64,000 nt of DNA, taken from the NCBI GenBank assembly GCA_027062365.1, contig JAMOTK010000066.1, positions 12,782 through 76,781 on the forward strand, given 5' to 3'. Numbering within the stretch: position 1 is the stretch's first letter; every line of letters starts with the position of its first letter. This DNA comes from Sulfurovum sp. (GTDB lineage: Bacteria > Campylobacterota > Campylobacteria > Campylobacterales > Sulfurovaceae). Below, piece by piece: positions 19,822 through 28,005 of the stretch. The notes beneath the pieces are model-generated. The model was not told where the DNA came from, made no database searches, and saw only the letters and a list, made by a program, of their open reading frames with translations. The position numbers and the translations under genes were made by a program.

Positions 19822-19889
19822 TTATATCCTTCTTTTAATATTATTATTTAAGTATATCGCATTCTTATACTAAAATTCCTAAATATAGG

Positions 19890-20672
19890 CTATTTATTCT
19901 CTTCTTTAACATAAAGACCTGTAACTGTATTCATATCTTTCAAAATATCATTTGATTTTTTATAGATTAACGTAGGTATAAACTTTGTTGTAGATTTATT
20001 CATCATTTCAAAAAACATAAATGACTTTTTAGATTTGAGAAGTAAAATGCGAATTTTATCTGTATTCATACTAGAAGCGAGTAGTTTTTCTTGAGAGGTT
20101 TTAAACAGTGCTAATGCTTTTGTCATCTTATCCTTAAATTGAAGGTCATTAATACCCCATACTTTGAACATATAAAGACTAGCCATTCTCTGAGAGAGCA
20201 TTCTTTGTCTCCCTGAGATATTGATAATCTCACCAGAAGCTTTACCTGTTTGTTTTGCAAAAAGTTGTGTGGCATCATTGGCTTGTTTGAGTAAGGTTTC
20301 TAAGTCTTCTTGCATTTTACCTGCATTGGCTTTAGTAGGTGTCTTGCTTAAGGATAGTTTGATGGGTATCCACAGTGTTTGAACCTTGAGGAGGCTCTCA
20401 TCTGTGAGGGTGTCTTTATTAAAAACAATAAGAGCATTTAAATGCTCTTCAAATAAATATATAATCTTTTTTAAGTCTTCTTCAGGGGTTCCAAAAGCAT
20501 TTCCTAATCCTACCATGGCATAATCTTTTAACATATGTTGTGTAAACATTCTTTGTTTTCCTGCTACATCAACTGCATGTGCTATATCTTTTACCTCAAA
20601 GGCATGAGTAGAGCTAAAAAATATAGTAAAGATAAAAAGTAGTGGTATAGATTTGATACGTATTATTTGCAT
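19890..20672 (-). CDS. Periplasmic protein made of two PilJ-N/NarX-P-box-type sensor modules
   Basis: Signal peptide MQIIRIKSIPLLFIFTIFFSSTHA, then VAGKQRMFTQHMLKDYAM and ISGRQRMLSQRMASLYMFKVWGIND. Confidence 0.65.
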   Translation of the reverse strand: MQIIRIKSIPLLFIFTIFFSSTHAFEVKDIAHAVDVAGKQRMFTQHMLKDYAMVGLGNAFGTPEEDLKKIIYLFEEHLNALIVFNKDTLTDESLLKVQTLWIPIKLSLSKTPTKANAGKMQEDLETLLKQANDATQLFAKQTGKASGEIINISGRQRMLSQRMASLYMFKVWGINDLQFKDKMTKALALFKTSQEKLLASSMNTDKIRILLLKSKKSFMFFEMMNKSTTKFIPTLIYKKSNDILKDMNTVTGLYVKEENK

Positions 20673-20753
20673 AATTTTCCTTTAGAATATATTATTCTAT
20701 TCTAAAGTATATTAATCATAGGTTAGAATGTATCAGATAAGTCATTTTAATGA

Positions 20754-22043
20754 TTATTTTTTCTTCTTTTTCCTAAAGACACGCTTGGCATCTTTGACTA
20801 TTGCATCAGGTATGGTTGCAATAGTCATGAACTCAGACATTTGAAGTAGAGGATACATATAAGAGATATAAAATTTAGGGTCAAGGATTTTTGCTTTGCC
20901 ATTTTGGATAACGACAGGGTAGGGTAACATTGCCGCATTGTTTCTACCAATCTTTTTTATAAATTTACGTGTTCTTTTCCCTAATTTGATACCAATAAGC
21001 GTTGCACCATTTTCTAATGTTTGTGTAAAGAGTACTTTTTTATTCTTTTTTATTCTTTCTAGTAAATCATCAGCAGATGCAATCTCAATCATATCTTGGT
21101 ACTGAGGCATACTCTTCATAAATTGGTAGCTAGGAAGTAATTGAAACTTCAAACTGTCTTTAGAGTTTTTTAAGTTAGGAAAGAGTGTTGTGATTTGTAT
21201 CAAAAGTTCTGTTGCTTCTTTTTTATTAAAATCATTTTGTAAAAACCCTTTTGCCATATAGAGTGGATTGGTAATACTAATGATTTTTTCTTTTGTATCC
21301 ACTAAAATACGTAGATTAGCCATAAACGCTCTGTTAGGCTTACTAGATAACGTTATCAGTGCTTTATTTGTAAAAACAATAGAGATAAGTGTAGATTTTT
21401 TATTGATAGGGGTAGAGGTGAGGAGTGTAAATCCAGCAGATTTTAGTTTGCTTTCTATCTCAGATACTTCCATATACGCACCACGTAAATAAGCAGAAAT
21501 TATACTACCATTTACTTCTCCAACAAGAGCAGTTTTTGATGTTTTTTCTTTTTTGATATTGTCAAATGGATGGGCAACATAATTAGGTGGGGTACGTTTT
21601 GCAAACTTAATAGCTCGGTTATTATTATGTATACTATCTTTAAAATGTATCGCTTTAGGTGGAGTTGGTACGGTAGGTATCTTTATTTCAACGATATGAT
21701 TGAGTATTTTAAATTTCTGTACATTTTGTTCGGGCTTAATACTGGATTCTAAAGTCTTAGAAACTACTTCTACTTTTTTATTGGATTTAGATATTTTAGA
21801 TATCGAAGGAGAATCTTTTTTTGTTAACTTTTCTTTAGCCAAGGCAGTATAGCCTTTTTGAATATCACTATCTATGTTATGAAGTATAGCTAATGAAGGC
21901 TCATCTGAAAGGTTTGAATCTACTTTTTGTGCTTCTATAAAGTTCGTAAATAATACGAATGTAAGGGAAGTGACCGATAGAAATTTTATAATTGTTTGCA
22001 ATATATATCCTTTAAAACTAGTAATAAAACCATAGATTAACAT
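20754..22043 (-). CDS. Hypothetical exported or membrane-anchored protein, with weak resemblance to DUF302 folds in its C-terminal two thirds
   Basis: 429-aa ORF with an N-terminal hydrophobic segment (FLSVTSLTFVLFTNFIEA) and a K-rich linker. Segments such as VSEIESKLKSAGFTLLTS...LISIVFTNK are the weak match. The start codon is uncertain. Confidence 0.4.
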   Translation of the reverse strand: MLIYGFITSFKGYILQTIIKFLSVTSLTFVLFTNFIEAQKVDSNLSDEPSLAILHNIDSDIQKGYTALAKEKLTKKDSPSISKISKSNKKVEVVSKTLESSIKPEQNVQKFKILNHIVEIKIPTVPTPPKAIHFKDSIHNNNRAIKFAKRTPPNYVAHPFDNIKKEKTSKTALVGEVNGSIISAYLRGAYMEVSEIESKLKSAGFTLLTSTPINKKSTLISIVFTNKALITLSSKPNRAFMANLRILVDTKEKIISITNPLYMAKGFLQNDFNKKEATELLIQITTLFPNLKNSKDSLKFQLLPSYQFMKSMPQYQDMIEIASADDLLERIKKNKKVLFTQTLENGATLIGIKLGKRTRKFIKKIGRNNAAMLPYPVVIQNGKAKILDPKFYISYMYPLLQMSEFMTIATIPDAIVKDAKRVFRKKKKK

Positions 22044-22142
22044 ACTAATGATATATACAATAAATACAAATGATAATTTTTGTTCATTAAAAATGAAAAG
22101 CTACTAAAAGTTACGGACAGTTTATGAGAAGAAAAAAAGTTT

Positions 22143-22168
22143 TATAAGAAGGAGAGTTCCTTCTTATA
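22143..22168 (-). terminator. Rho-independent terminator downstream of repeat-protein gene 1
   Basis: Stem TATAAGAAGGA / TCCTTCTTATA with a 4-nt loop. On the minus strand a T-run follows it (plus-strand gaaaaaaag at 22121-22129). Confidence 0.55.
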
Positions 22169-22187
22169 GTTAAAGATAAATAATATT

Positions 22188-22958
22188 TTAGTCTGAGATA
22201 GTTTTTACAGAGTCATTTGTATTATCAGAAACTGATTTTACAGATGCTGCTGAATCAGTTGAAATAGTTTTAACTGTATCACTTACATTTGTATTTGTAG
22301 ATTCTACAGAAGCTCTACTATCAGTTGAAACAGTTTTAACTGTATCATTAGCATTTGTTGCTACAGAGTTTACAGAATCTTTTGAATCAGTTGAGATTGA
22401 TTTTGTTGTACTATTCATATCATTAGCAATAGTTTTTACAGAATCTGAACTATCATTAGAAACAGTTTTCATAGTATCGTTAGCATTTGTAGAAACAGTT
22501 TTTACAGAACCTGTAGAGTCATTAGAAATAGTTTTTACAGAAGCTGTTGCATCCGTTGAGATTGTTTTAAGAGAATCTTTAACATCTGTACTAATTACTG
22601 TACCACTATCTTTTAAATCAGCAGTTGTTGTCTTAAGAGAATCTTTGGCATCTGTTGAAATTTTGCTTGTACTTGTAGAGATGTCTTTTGTTGTATTTAC
22701 TTCCATTGTTTTGATGTCATCGGAAACTTTGATAGAAGTATCTTTTGCATCAGCACTTACAGAAGTTACTGTTCTCTCAGCAGACTTAGAAGTCTCAACT
22801 GCACCATCTTTAATAGCTGAAACACTATCTTTAGCATCTTTACTCATAGAAACAGCAGCATCTTTCATATCTGTAAACATATCTCCGAAGCTAAAGTCAG
22901 CTTGGACTGTTGTGAGTAATGTAGCTGATGCTACAGTTGCCATAATTATTTTTTTCAT
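22188..22958 (-). CDS. Secreted Ser/Thr/Asp-rich protein built of 11-residue repeats (paralogue 1)
   Basis: Signal peptide MKKIIMATVASATLLTTVQA, then about 20 hendecads of the type S.D..DSVKTV. RBS and terminator are present. Confidence 0.7.
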   Translation of the reverse strand: MKKIIMATVASATLLTTVQADFSFGDMFTDMKDAAVSMSKDAKDSVSAIKDGAVETSKSAERTVTSVSADAKDTSIKVSDDIKTMEVNTTKDISTSTSKISTDAKDSLKTTTADLKDSGTVISTDVKDSLKTISTDATASVKTISNDSTGSVKTVSTNANDTMKTVSNDSSDSVKTIANDMNSTTKSISTDSKDSVNSVATNANDTVKTVSTDSRASVESTNTNVSDTVKTISTDSAASVKSVSDNTNDSVKTISD

Positions 22959-23069
22959 TTTGAAACCCTTGTTGTAATTTTTATATTCTAAGTATAGACT
23001 AAATTATCTTAATGATAACTTATATTAATCATAACTTATACTCTAATTTATGTTTTACAAAATAGTTAT

Positions 23070-23906
23070 TTATTTTGTGCTTGTCGTTGTCGTTGTTGTT
23101 GCTTTTTCTTTTGCTTTCATGTGTGCGGCATATTCATCAGAAGAGATAGTCTTCGTAGAATCATTTACATTTTCTGAAACAGTTTTAACAGAAGCAGAAG
23201 CATCTGTAGAGACAGTTTTAGCAGTTGCAGAAGCATTTGTATTTGTAGATTCTACTGATGCTCTTGAATCATTAGAAATAGTTTTAGCAGAGTCATTTGC
23301 ATTAGTAGATACTGAATTTACAGAATCTTTAGTATCAGCTGAAACAGTTTTAACAGAAGCAGAAGTATCGTTAGAAACAGTTTTAACAGAAGAAGAAGTA
23401 TCATTAGATACAGTCTTAGCAGTATCACTTACAGAATCACTTACACTCTTAACAGAAGCAGTTGAATCGTTAGAAACAGTTTTAACAGCGTCAGTTGTAT
23501 CTTTAGAAACAGCAATTGCAGAATCTTTCATCTCTTTAGAAGCAACAGTTGCAGAATCTTTAAGGTCTTTTGTTGTATTTGTCATAGCATCTTTAGTATC
23601 TGTAGATACAGAAACTACAGTATCTCTAGTGTCCGTTGATGTTGCTACTTCAGCAGTTTTAAGGTCATCTGAAACTTTAACAGAAGTGTCTTTTGCATCA
23701 GCACTTACAGAAGTAACTGTTCTTTCAGCAGACTTAGTTGTCTCAACAGCACCATCTTTAAGACTTACTACAGAATCTTTTGCATCTTTACTCATAGAAA
23801 CAGCAGCATCTTTCATATCTTTGAACATATCGCCAAAGTCGAAGTCAGCTTGTACACTTGTAAGTAATGCTGCTACTGCAACAGAAGTTTTAATTATTTT
23901 TTTCAT
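23070..23906 (-). CDS. Secreted Ser/Thr/Asp-rich hendecad-repeat protein (paralogue 2) with a unique C-terminal tail ...SSDEYAAHMKAKEKATTTTTTSTK
   Basis: Signal peptide MKKIIKTSVAVAALLTSVQA with RBS AAGGGA. Its first 246 aa are identical to paralogue 3. Confidence 0.7.
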   Translation of the reverse strand: MKKIIKTSVAVAALLTSVQADFDFGDMFKDMKDAAVSMSKDAKDSVVSLKDGAVETTKSAERTVTSVSADAKDTSVKVSDDLKTAEVATSTDTRDTVVSVSTDTKDAMTNTTKDLKDSATVASKEMKDSAIAVSKDTTDAVKTVSNDSTASVKSVSDSVSDTAKTVSNDTSSSVKTVSNDTSASVKTVSADTKDSVNSVSTNANDSAKTISNDSRASVESTNTNASATAKTVSTDASASVKTVSENVNDSTKTISSDEYAAHMKAKEKATTTTTTSTK

Positions 23907-24098
23907 TTTTTATCCCTTTTTGGATGAATTTTATTTGATAAACGGAGTATAACAAATTTTTTATTAGGTATAACTTGAATCATAAGGTAACATATAGTAA
24001 ATACTTAAGTATTAATATAATTAGTTTAAGAATAATTTAAGAAATTGTGTATAATTGATAAAAATAAATGAGGGTAATAAAAAAGATAGTAAAGAGTA

Positions 24099-24121
24099 AG
24101 ATAAGGAAGAAATCCTTATCT
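24099..24121 (-). terminator. Rho-independent terminator downstream of repeat-protein gene 3
   Basis: Stem AGATAAGGA / TCCTTATCT with loop AGAAA. On the minus strand a T-rich run follows it. Confidence 0.55.
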
Positions 24122-24143
24122 TAGCTAACTAATATTAGAAAAA

Positions 24144-24914
24144 TTAGTCGTTGATAGTTTTAGCAGAGTCATTTGCATTTTCTGAAACAGTTTTAACAGA
24201 AGCAGAAGCATCTGTAGAGACAGTTTTAGCAGTTGCAGAAGCATTTGTATTTGTAGATTCTACTGATGCTCTTGAATCATTAGAAATAGTTTTAGCAGAG
24301 TCATTTGCATTAGTAGATACTGAATTTACAGAATCTTTAGTATCAGCTGAAACAGTTTTAACAGAAGCAGAAGTATCGTTAGAAACAGTTTTAACAGAAG
24401 AAGAAGTATCATTAGATACAGTCTTAGCAGTATCACTTACAGAATCACTTACACTCTTAACAGAAGCAGTTGAATCGTTAGAAACAGTTTTAACAGCGTC
24501 AGTTGTATCTTTAGAAACAGCAATTGCAGAATCTTTCATCTCTTTAGAAGCAACAGTTGCAGAATCTTTAAGGTCTTTTGTTGTATTTGTCATAGCATCT
24601 TTAGTATCTGTAGATACAGAAACTACAGTATCTCTAGTGTCCGTTGATGTTGCTACTTCAGCAGTTTTAAGGTCATCTGAAACTTTAACAGAAGTGTCTT
24701 TTGCATCAGCACTTACAGAAGTAACTGTTCTTTCAGCAGACTTAGTTGTCTCAACAGCACCATCTTTAAGACTTACTACAGAATCTTTTGCATCTTTACT
24801 CATAGAAACAGCAGCATCTTTCATATCTTTGAACATATCGCCAAAGTCGAAGTCAGCTTGTACACTTGTAAGTAATGCTGCTACTGCAACAGAAGTTTTA
24901 ATTATTTTTTTCAT
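24144..24914 (-). CDS. Secreted Ser/Thr/Asp-rich hendecad-repeat protein (paralogue 3)
   Basis: Identical to paralogue 2 for 246 aa, then ends ...ANDSAKTIND. Confidence 0.7.
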   Translation of the reverse strand: MKKIIKTSVAVAALLTSVQADFDFGDMFKDMKDAAVSMSKDAKDSVVSLKDGAVETTKSAERTVTSVSADAKDTSVKVSDDLKTAEVATSTDTRDTVVSVSTDTKDAMTNTTKDLKDSATVASKEMKDSAIAVSKDTTDAVKTVSNDSTASVKSVSDSVSDTAKTVSNDTSSSVKTVSNDTSASVKTVSADTKDSVNSVSTNANDSAKTISNDSRASVESTNTNASATAKTVSTDASASVKTVSENANDSAKTIND

Positions 24915-25144
24915 TTTTTATCCCTTTTTGGATGAATTTTATTTGATAAACGGAGTATAACAAATTTTTTATTAGGTATAACTTATATTTCTAATAATAT
25001 AATCTTATATAAATTAATATTAATTAAATATTTTTGAATTTTATCTTTAAAAAATTAATTATGACTTAAAAGTTGATAGTGTTATGCAATACTATTATAA
25101 TATTACAAGGGATATAAAAGACAAATCATACTTTATAGATAATT

Positions 25145-25153
25145 TGATACAAT
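25145..25153 (+). promoter_or_regulatory. Extended -10-like box TGaTACAAT upstream of cytochrome gene 1
   Basis: aattTGATACAATact lies ~35 nt upstream of the ATG at 25188 (RBS AAGGGGA). Confidence 0.35.
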
Positions 25154-25187
25154 ACTAAACGTTAAATTTAAAGGGGAATAAAATAGT

Positions 25188-25598
25188 ATGAAAAAGATTT
25201 TTATAAGTTGTATAACTCTAGTGACTATCACTCTAGCAGATGATTATACCCAAGCTAATAGAATACTAGATATGCAAAAAATGGCACAAGCGATGCAAGA
25301 TATACAATCTGGATTTTTTTATAATAATCCAGATATAGTCAAGGCAGGGGCTGAAGACCTTAAAAAAGCAGTACTCACCATACGTGCTACAACTGAAGAA
25401 ACCAATGATAAAGATGTCTATGAAAGATGGCTCAATAATAATACAGCCATGACAAAACGGGTACAGAGAAATATAGCAAGAAAAACAGATGTTATTATAA
25501 AGCGTTTTGCAGATGGTGATCCTACACAAGCACTACAAGAATATAGCAAAATTACAAAAGAATGTATGAAATGTCATATTAGTTTAAGAAAATGGTAA
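25188..25598 (+). CDS. Class II c-type cytochrome (cytochrome c'/c-556-like four-helix bundle)
   Basis: 136 aa with a signal peptide and a single CxxCH 8 residues from the C-terminus (ECMKCHISLRKW). Predicted all-helical; a paralogue of 26494-26889. Confidence 0.65.
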   Translation: MKKIFISCITLVTITLADDYTQANRILDMQKMAQAMQDIQSGFFYNNPDIVKAGAEDLKKAVLTIRATTEETNDKDVYERWLNNNTAMTKRVQRNIARKTDVIIKRFADGDPTQALQEYSKITKECMKCHISLRKW

Positions 25599-25606
25599 GG
25601 ATAAGC

Positions 25607-26398
25607 ATGAAAAAAATAATAATTGTAGCATTATTACTCAATGTATGGGTACAAGCGAGTGATATTACACTTACAGGAACCGTTGTCTCTGATGGTCAAA
25701 AGATGATTGGTAGCCGTTATATGGGATATGTTAAAAAAGTATTTGTACGTATAGGTGATAAGGTAGAGCGTGAAGATGACCTCTATGAAATGGAATCAGC
25801 TGAGTTTGATATGATGAAGTCTCAAGCAGATTTAATGCTAGAACAATCTAAAATTATTTTAGAGTATTGGCGTGAAAAACTACGTAAAATAAATATAAGA
25901 AGAGCAAAATCTAAAAATAAAGATGTCAAAGAGATAGATATTGCAGATATGGTAGACTTAGATGCACAAGCAGCCAATATGGAAACGATGCTAGAATCTA
26001 TGCAAATCATGGTAAAAGAAGCCAATATCAAAGCTAAGCAAATGTCTAGTACCTATAACTATATTAAAATGAAAGCACCCTCAGCTGGTGTGGTTGTCCA
26101 AAAAAATATTAAAGTAGGTGATATGATTATGCCTGGTATGCTTACTATTATGATAGTAGATACAGAAAATTTAGAAATTCAAGTTTCTATTTCTGAGAGT
26201 ATTATCTCTAAAGTAAAAGTAGGCAAAAAAGTACCTGTGCATATTCCATCTATTGGGTATAAGACAATGGGTATCATTCATGCTATTGTCCCTGATGCAA
26301 ATCCTATGACGCATAAGATTAAAATGCGTATCCGTTTTGATAGAGGTCAAGACAATATATTCCCAGGGATGTATGCTAAAGTGACTATTAAAGATTAA
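25607..26398 (+). CDS. Orphan efflux adaptor (MFP/HlyD family), paralogue of 8578-9375
   Basis: Aligns end to end with the RND-operon adaptor: LTGTVVSDGQKMIGSRYMGYVKK vs LSGSVVSDNQKMLTSRYMGYVKH, and NPMTHKIKMRIRF...FPGMYAKVTIK vs NPMTHKFKIIMRL...YPGMYAKILIK. I prefer the ATG at 25607; the track's 25592 overlaps the cytochrome stop. Confidence 0.75.
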   Translation: MKKIIIVALLLNVWVQASDITLTGTVVSDGQKMIGSRYMGYVKKVFVRIGDKVEREDDLYEMESAEFDMMKSQADLMLEQSKIILEYWREKLRKINIRRAKSKNKDVKEIDIADMVDLDAQAANMETMLESMQIMVKEANIKAKQMSSTYNYIKMKAPSAGVVVQKNIKVGDMIMPGMLTIMIVDTENLEIQVSISESIISKVKVGKKVPVHIPSIGYKTMGIIHAIVPDANPMTHKIKMRIRFDRGQDNIFPGMYAKVTIKD

Positions 26399-26453
26399 TT
26401 ATATATTCTCTTTAGTTATTTTTGATATTTATCAATAAATACTAGAGTGATTA

Positions 26454-26462
26454 TGATATAAT
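26454..26462 (+). promoter_or_regulatory. Extended -10 box TGaTATAAT upstream of cytochrome gene 2
   Basis: ttaTGATATAATtt lies 32 nt upstream of the ATG at 26494 (RBS AGGAG). Confidence 0.45.
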
Positions 26463-26493
26463 TTAAGTATTAAAATATACAGGAGCGTTATTA

Positions 26494-26889
26494 ATGAAAA
26501 AAGTTTTATTATCAGTGGTACTTTTAAGTGGAGTACTTTTTGCACAAGAACATATCCAACCAGATAGAATGAAAAATATGCAAGAGATGGAAACAGCATT
26601 ATCAACCATACAAAAAGGTTTTTTATTTAACAATCTTAATGTGGTAAAAAATGGTGTCAAAGACCTTAAAGTAACAGCAATGCATACAGAATCTTTTATT
26701 AAAGAGGGTGTCAATAAAGAGGGATTTAATACTTTAGTGTACGCTAAAAAACAAGCCAAAGATATTACAGCACTTTCATCCAAAATTTTGAGTAGTTTTG
26801 AAAAAGGTGATAGATATGGCGCGGCCAATCATTATCTACAAATTCTTAGTAAATGTCTTTCATGTCACCAAACAGTGAGATCTTGGTAA
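26494..26889 (+). CDS. Class II c-type cytochrome (cytochrome c'/c-556-like), paralogue 2
   Basis: 131 aa with a signal peptide and C-terminal KCLSCHQTVRSW. It shares IQ.GF..NN...VK.G..DLK with 25188-25598. Confidence 0.65.
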   Translation: MKKVLLSVVLLSGVLFAQEHIQPDRMKNMQEMETALSTIQKGFLFNNLNVVKNGVKDLKVTAMHTESFIKEGVNKEGFNTLVYAKKQAKDITALSSKILSSFEKGDRYGAANHYLQILSKCLSCHQTVRSW

Positions 26890-27033
26890 TTTTTTAGAAG
26901 AGGGATATTCTCCTTCTTCTATCACACATTGTAACAATTTTTCTCTTCTTCTTTTTACCTTTATTTAATTTATCATCATAATAGCTTATATCTATTACAA
27001 TGTATTAGCATATAATACTAAAAAAGGGTAATA

Positions 27034-27990
27034 ATGAATAAAATACTACATACAGCATTGGCTTTATCTATGGGTGTGACAGGGCTATTGGCTACAGTTC
27101 AAAATAGCACGACCACTTATACCATGAAAGGCAATGTAGAATCTGCATATAATACTATGATGGATAAACCTATCAAAGCATTAGGTTATCGTCTTCCTGA
27201 CCCACGTAAAGGAGTCAATGCTGTCTATAAAAAGCAATATGGTTCAACAACATTAGAATTATTGAGTTTTATGACCATTGTGAATGATAAAAAAATCAAA
27301 CCATTGTTAGAAATAGACCCTAGATTAGCAGGATTTAATCCATTTAATTTAGTTATTTATAAACATCAAAATAAAGATGAAACGGTAGTATCACATCTTA
27401 CTGCTTCTGCTATACTTGATATGTTAAATATCACAGATAAAACAGTCATTTCTGAATATACAAAACTTATGAGTAATTTAGATGCTTTAGTGACCCAAAC
27501 TTTCCCTACAGCAAAGATAAGTCATCATACCTATAGTGATGAGATAAAAGATTCTATGATGCACTTTGAGATTGTATTTGATAGACCAGAAGATTTGGAT
27601 GACTATATAGATGAGATTCAAGAAAAGGTAGAAGAGACCTTTACTAAAAAGGGTTATGTTATGGCAGGTTTCTTTGATTATAAGCAGGGAAAAGAAAATT
27701 TACTTCCATCGTATGATGCTTTTTGGACATTTTCACTCTGTCATTTTCCTTATTCATACGCCATTTTTGACAATGAAGGAGCGATGCCAGAAGCTTCTGT
27801 CTTTGCACCATGTACGATGTATATGTATATCAAAAAAGGGAGCAATACTCTAGTCATTGGTATGCCAAGATTATCAAATTGGAATGTCCTATTCCCAATG
27901 AAAGATAAAAAACGTTTAGATTTTCTTAAAAAATTAGATAAAGATATTCCTGCTACATTTATAGAACTCGGTGCCAAAGTCAAAATATAA
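27034..27990 (+). CDS. Hypothetical secreted protein, N-terminal part weakly DUF302-like
   Basis: Signal peptide MNKILHTALALSMGVTGLLA. The segment LELLSFMTIVNDKKIKPLLEIDPRLAGFNPFNLVIYKHQN resembles the DUF302 pattern. Confidence 0.4.
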   Translation: MNKILHTALALSMGVTGLLATVQNSTTTYTMKGNVESAYNTMMDKPIKALGYRLPDPRKGVNAVYKKQYGSTTLELLSFMTIVNDKKIKPLLEIDPRLAGFNPFNLVIYKHQNKDETVVSHLTASAILDMLNITDKTVISEYTKLMSNLDALVTQTFPTAKISHHTYSDEIKDSMMHFEIVFDRPEDLDDYIDEIQEKVEETFTKKGYVMAGFFDYKQGKENLLPSYDAFWTFSLCHFPYSYAIFDNEGAMPEASVFAPCTMYMYIKKGSNTLVIGMPRLSNWNVLFPMKDKKRLDFLKKLDKDIPATFIELGAKVKI

Positions 27991-28005
27991 AGTGAAGGAT
28001 AAAAA

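Larger units (their letters stand above)
23168..24984. repeat. Tandem direct duplication: unit ~23168-23976 repeated at ~24176-24984 (offset 1008 bp), with no differences seen by eye
   Basis: Hand alignment of the two stretches. The encoded N-terminal 246 aa, the RBS and ~70 bp of upstream sequence are identical. Identity ends at 23976/24984 and at 23167/24175 (a vs g). Confidence 0.85.

Noticed and set aside
22200-24900. The 33-bp periodicity could be mistaken for a CRISPR array or a satellite
   Set aside because: There is no alternation of an identical repeat with unique spacers. The periodicity is degenerate, in frame and confined to ORFs with start signals. No cas genes are present in the window.
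22645-24960. Long plus-strand ORFs (22645-22977, 23050-23952, 24151-24960) antisense to the hendecad-repeat genes, encoding E/V/L/T-rich repeats
   Set aside because: They are shadow ORFs produced by the 33-bp repeat composition. The minus-strand frames have canonical RBSs, Sec signal peptides and rho-independent terminators. The plus-strand ORFs have none of these, and they start inside the neighbouring intergenic or terminator sequence.
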